Positions 38,369 to 40,765 of a DNA stretch of 40,765 nucleotides are shown here, in pieces. Source of the stretch: a virus (Duplodnaviria; Caudoviricetes); the IMG/VR virus record IMGVR_UViG_3300012953_000067, positions 1-40,765 of that record; one strand, written 5' to 3'. A program made the translations under genes and the position numbers. Within the stretch, counting starts at the first letter, position 1; every line of letters starts with the position of its first letter. The notes beneath the pieces were generated by a model that searched no databases, was not told where the DNA came from, and was given only the letters and a program-made list of their open reading frames with translations.

Positions 38369-39589
38369 ATGTCCCGTGGAAAAAAATTACAAGAGATGGA
38401 AGTAGACGTTAAGGAATCCAACGCCGTTACTGCTGGTGCAAATTCTGGTGACAAGGCAATGCCAAAGGCAGCGTCTAACGCAGCAGGAGTTTCAACACCT
38501 GGCAACGACGGGTCTTGGGAAGACTTAGGCGGGCCTACTCCAGAAAACTATAAGACCGATGATGAGTCGGCTAAGTTAAAAACACCTGGTGCTTCTTTGG
38601 CACAAGTTAAGAATGTGGTAAACAAAGGTGCAAAACCTGCTGATGGCATGAAGGGCATGTCAAAGGAAGAATCCGAACCTGAAGGTGATGTTGTTGCAGA
38701 AGAAGAAGTTACTACTGATGAAGTAGTTGCAGAATCTGAAGTAGCAGAAGAGGAAGTTGTAGAAGAAACAGTTGAAGAGACTCCTTCACAACTCCGTAAG
38801 AAAGTTAAGGAAGCAATCGATACTGAAGAAGTCGTTGCTGAATCCGAGACTAAGGAAGAAACTAGCGTTGAAGAAGATGTTAATGCACTTCTACAAGGTG
38901 AAGATCTTTCCGAAGAATTCCAAGAAAAAGCAAAGACAATCTTTGAAGCAGCAATTAATTCTAAAGTTGCAGTAATTAAAGAAGAATTGGAAGCAGACCA
39001 CATCAAAGCAATCAAGGAAGAAACTGCTGAATTAAAAGCAGATATTACTGATCGTACTGATTCATATCTAGAGTACGTTGCTGATGAATGGATGCAAGAA
39101 AACAAATTAGCCGTAGATCAAGGAGTTAAGGCAGAATTATCTGAATCCTTTATGACAGGTCTAAAAGGTCTTTTTGAAGAACATTATGTATCAATCCCTG
39201 AAGATAAATATGATGTACTTGAGAGCATGGTAAATAAACTTGATGATATGGAAGAAAAACTCAATGAGCAGATCGAAAGAAATGTTGCTCTTAACAAGAG
39301 GTTAGCAGAATCTACATCCGATGGAATCTTAAGTGACGTTTCTGAAGGACTTGCAGTCACTCAGAAAGAAAAGCTAACATCTCTTGCTGAAAGTGTTGAG
39401 TTTGAAAGTGAAGCAGATTACCGTGAGAAACTAGTAACACTTAGAGAATCTTATTTCCCTACAGTAGCATCTAGTGCTCAAAGAGACAACTCCGAGAATA
39501 TCTCAGAAGAAAGTTCACCAAGCGAAGAAAAAATTTCTGGAAGCATGGCAAACTATCTGAGCACTATGCAAAGAGTTATCAAGAAGTAA
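38369..39589 (+). CDS. gp22: Prohead core (scaffold) protein gp22
   Basis: Highly acidic; EDLGGPTPENY, LSEEF..KAKTIFEAA, SYLEYV..EW..EN.LA, GLK.LF.EHY. Confidence 0.93.
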   Translation: MSRGKKLQEMEVDVKESNAVTAGANSGDKAMPKAASNAAGVSTPGNDGSWEDLGGPTPENYKTDDESAKLKTPGASLAQVKNVVNKGAKPADGMKGMSKEESEPEGDVVAEEEVTTDEVVAESEVAEEEVVEETVEETPSQLRKKVKEAIDTEEVVAESETKEETSVEEDVNALLQGEDLSEEFQEKAKTIFEAAINSKVAVIKEELEADHIKAIKEETAELKADITDRTDSYLEYVADEWMQENKLAVDQGVKAELSESFMTGLKGLFEEHYVSIPEDKYDVLESMVNKLDDMEEKLNEQIERNVALNKRLAESTSDGILSDVSEGLAVTQKEKLTSLAESVEFESEADYREKLVTLRESYFPTVASSAQRDNSENISEESSPSEEKISGSMANYLSTMQRVIKK

Positions 39590-39640
39590 TTTCTTATTAC
39601 ATTAAAACCAAACACACTTTTACTTAAGAGGTAAATTCAA

Positions 39641-40765
39641 ATGCAAATGTTCAATGCTGAACACCTGCAGGAGAAGTGGTCACCCCTTCTAGATTACGAA
39701 GGTCTCGACAAGATTTCAGATCCGCATCGTCGAATGGTTACCGCAGTTCTTCTGGAGAACCAAGAAAAATTTCAAACTGAGGAACGTAACTTCCTCATGG
39801 AAGCACCCACAAACATCGGTAATGCTGCTGGAGCATCTGGTGGTTTCGGTGGTAGTGCTGCAGGTGCATCAAATGGTGATACACCAACTGCTGGTTTTGA
39901 CCCCGTTCTAATCAGCCTAATCCGTCGTGCTATGCCTAACTTGGTCGCTTATGACCTAGCAGGTGTACAACCAATGAACGGACCTACTGGTTTAATCTTT
40001 GCGATGAGAAGTCGCTACGACAACCAGACAGGAACAGAAACATTCTACGATGAAGTTGATTCCAGCTTCTCTGGTCAGGACAGTGGAGACAACCTTACTC
40101 AGGGTCTTTATACTGGTCAAGCATCTGACGGAGCAAGCGTTGGTTTCGGTACTACATCTAGTACAAATATCACTGGTGACGACACTGCTAAGAACCCAGG
40201 TCTTCTTAACTCTTCTGGTGCAGATCAGGCAGAGTATGCAACTGGTCAAGGTATGAATACAGGTGATTCTGAGGCTCTTGGAGATGCCGATGGAAATCAC
40301 TTCAACCAGATGGCATTCTCAATCGAGAAAGTCACAGTTACTGCGAAGTCCAGAGCACTAAAGGCAGAGTACAGTTTAGAACTTGCTCAAGACCTTAAGG
40401 CAATCCACGGTCTGAATGCTGAAGCGGAATTAGCAAACATTCTCTCAACAGAGATTCTTGCTGAAATTAACCGTGAAGTTATCAGAACAATCTATAAGAT
40501 TGCTAAACCAGGTGCTCAAGCAAACGTTGCAAACGGTGGAATATTCGACCTAGACGTTGACTCAAATGGTAGATGGTCTGTTGAGAAGTTCAAAGGACTT
40601 CTGTTCCAGATAGAAAGAGATGCTAACGCCATCGCACAGCAAACTCGTAGAGGAAAGGGTAACATGATCCTTTGTTCTGCTGACGTTGCTTCTGCACTAA
40701 CAATGGCTGGTGTTCTTGATTACACACCTGCTCTTAATGCTAACCTTAATGTTGATGACACAGGC
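39641..40765 (+). CDS. gp23: Major capsid protein gp23 (3'-truncated by window; absent from ORF track)
   Basis: Manual translation MQMFNAEHLQEKWSPLLD...AVLLENQ...FDPVLISLIRRAMPNLVAYDLAGVQPMNGPTGLIFAMRSRY...MAFSIEKVTVTAKSRALKAEYSLELAQDLKAIHG; SD GAGGT at 39628-39632. Confidence 0.98.
   Translation, partial: MQMFNAEHLQEKWSPLLDYEGLDKISDPHRRMVTAVLLENQEKFQTEERNFLMEAPTNIGNAAGASGGFGGSAAGASNGDTPTAGFDPVLISLIRRAMPNLVAYDLAGVQPMNGPTGLIFAMRSRYDNQTGTETFYDEVDSSFSGQDSGDNLTQGLYTGQASDGASVGFGTTSSTNITGDDTAKNPGLLNSSGADQAEYATGQGMNTGDSEALGDADGNHFNQMAFSIEKVTVTAKSRALKAEYSLELAQDLKAIHGLNAEAELANILSTEILAEINREVIRTIYKIAKPGAQANVANGGIFDLDVDSNGRWSVEKFKGLLFQIERDANAIAQQTRRGKGNMILCSADVASALTMAGVLDYTPALNANLNVDDTG

Noticed and set aside
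38548-39105. 185-aa Ser-rich minus-strand ORF
   Set aside because: It is the antisense reading of Glu-rich GAA codons in gp22.
39581-39600. Small inverted repeats (AAGAA/TTCTT and GTAAT/ATTAC) at the gp22 stop
   Set aside because: The 5-bp AT-rich stems have no U tract and are too weak to call a terminator or regulatory hairpin.
38772-40256. Alternative-frame + strand ORFs 38772-38975 and 40050-40256
   Set aside because: They are nested out of frame in gp22 and gp23, with non-ATG starts and no supporting signals.
414-40300. Numerous minus-strand ORFs of 60-116 aa in the ORF track
   Set aside because: All lie antisense to well-supported + strand genes, have shadow-like composition and lack recognisable motifs.
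30122-40765. Introns, inteins or homing endonucleases in gp17, gp20 or gp23
   Set aside because: Reading frames are continuous and of normal length; no HNH, GIY-YIG, LAGLIDADG or intein motifs seen.
1-40765. CRISPR array, tRNA, diversity-generating retroelement or defence island
   Set aside because: No regularly spaced nucleotide repeats, cloverleafs, reverse transcriptase or near-identical TR/VR pair seen. Repeats are at protein level with diverged codons, and intergenic gaps are tiny.

Overview
This window is the virion morphogenesis module of an AT-rich T4-like marine myovirus, most likely a cyanophage (Kyanoviridae-type, inferred from gene order and protein motifs). All supported genes are on the + strand. 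Order: partial conserved ORF, terminator, 58-aa late ORF, gp25, gp6, giant gp7-like baseplate protein (3754 aa), gp8, VrlC/DUF4815 protein (2458 aa), a small-protein and fibre cassette, gp13, extended gp14, extended gp15, gp16, an 83-aa ORF, gp17, a 2OG-Fe(II) oxygenase, gp18, gp19, gp20, two small head-region ORFs, gp21, gp22 and a partial gp23 that the ORF track misses. T4 late promoters (TATAAATA and variants) punctuate the region. I see no tRNA, CRISPR array, intron, intein or mobile element. The most unusual signal is a short G-[IVFL]-[GST]-[ST](T) motif repeated densely across almost all external virion proteins, which may be a virion-wide modification sequon. Other points of note: a small set of repeat modules shuffled and nested among unrelated structural proteins, a split YHYH-like domain in gp7, a protein with a capsid-targeting-like N-terminus between the terminase genes, and an oxygenase inserted in the late operon. 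Functional interpretations are hypotheses; no searches were run.
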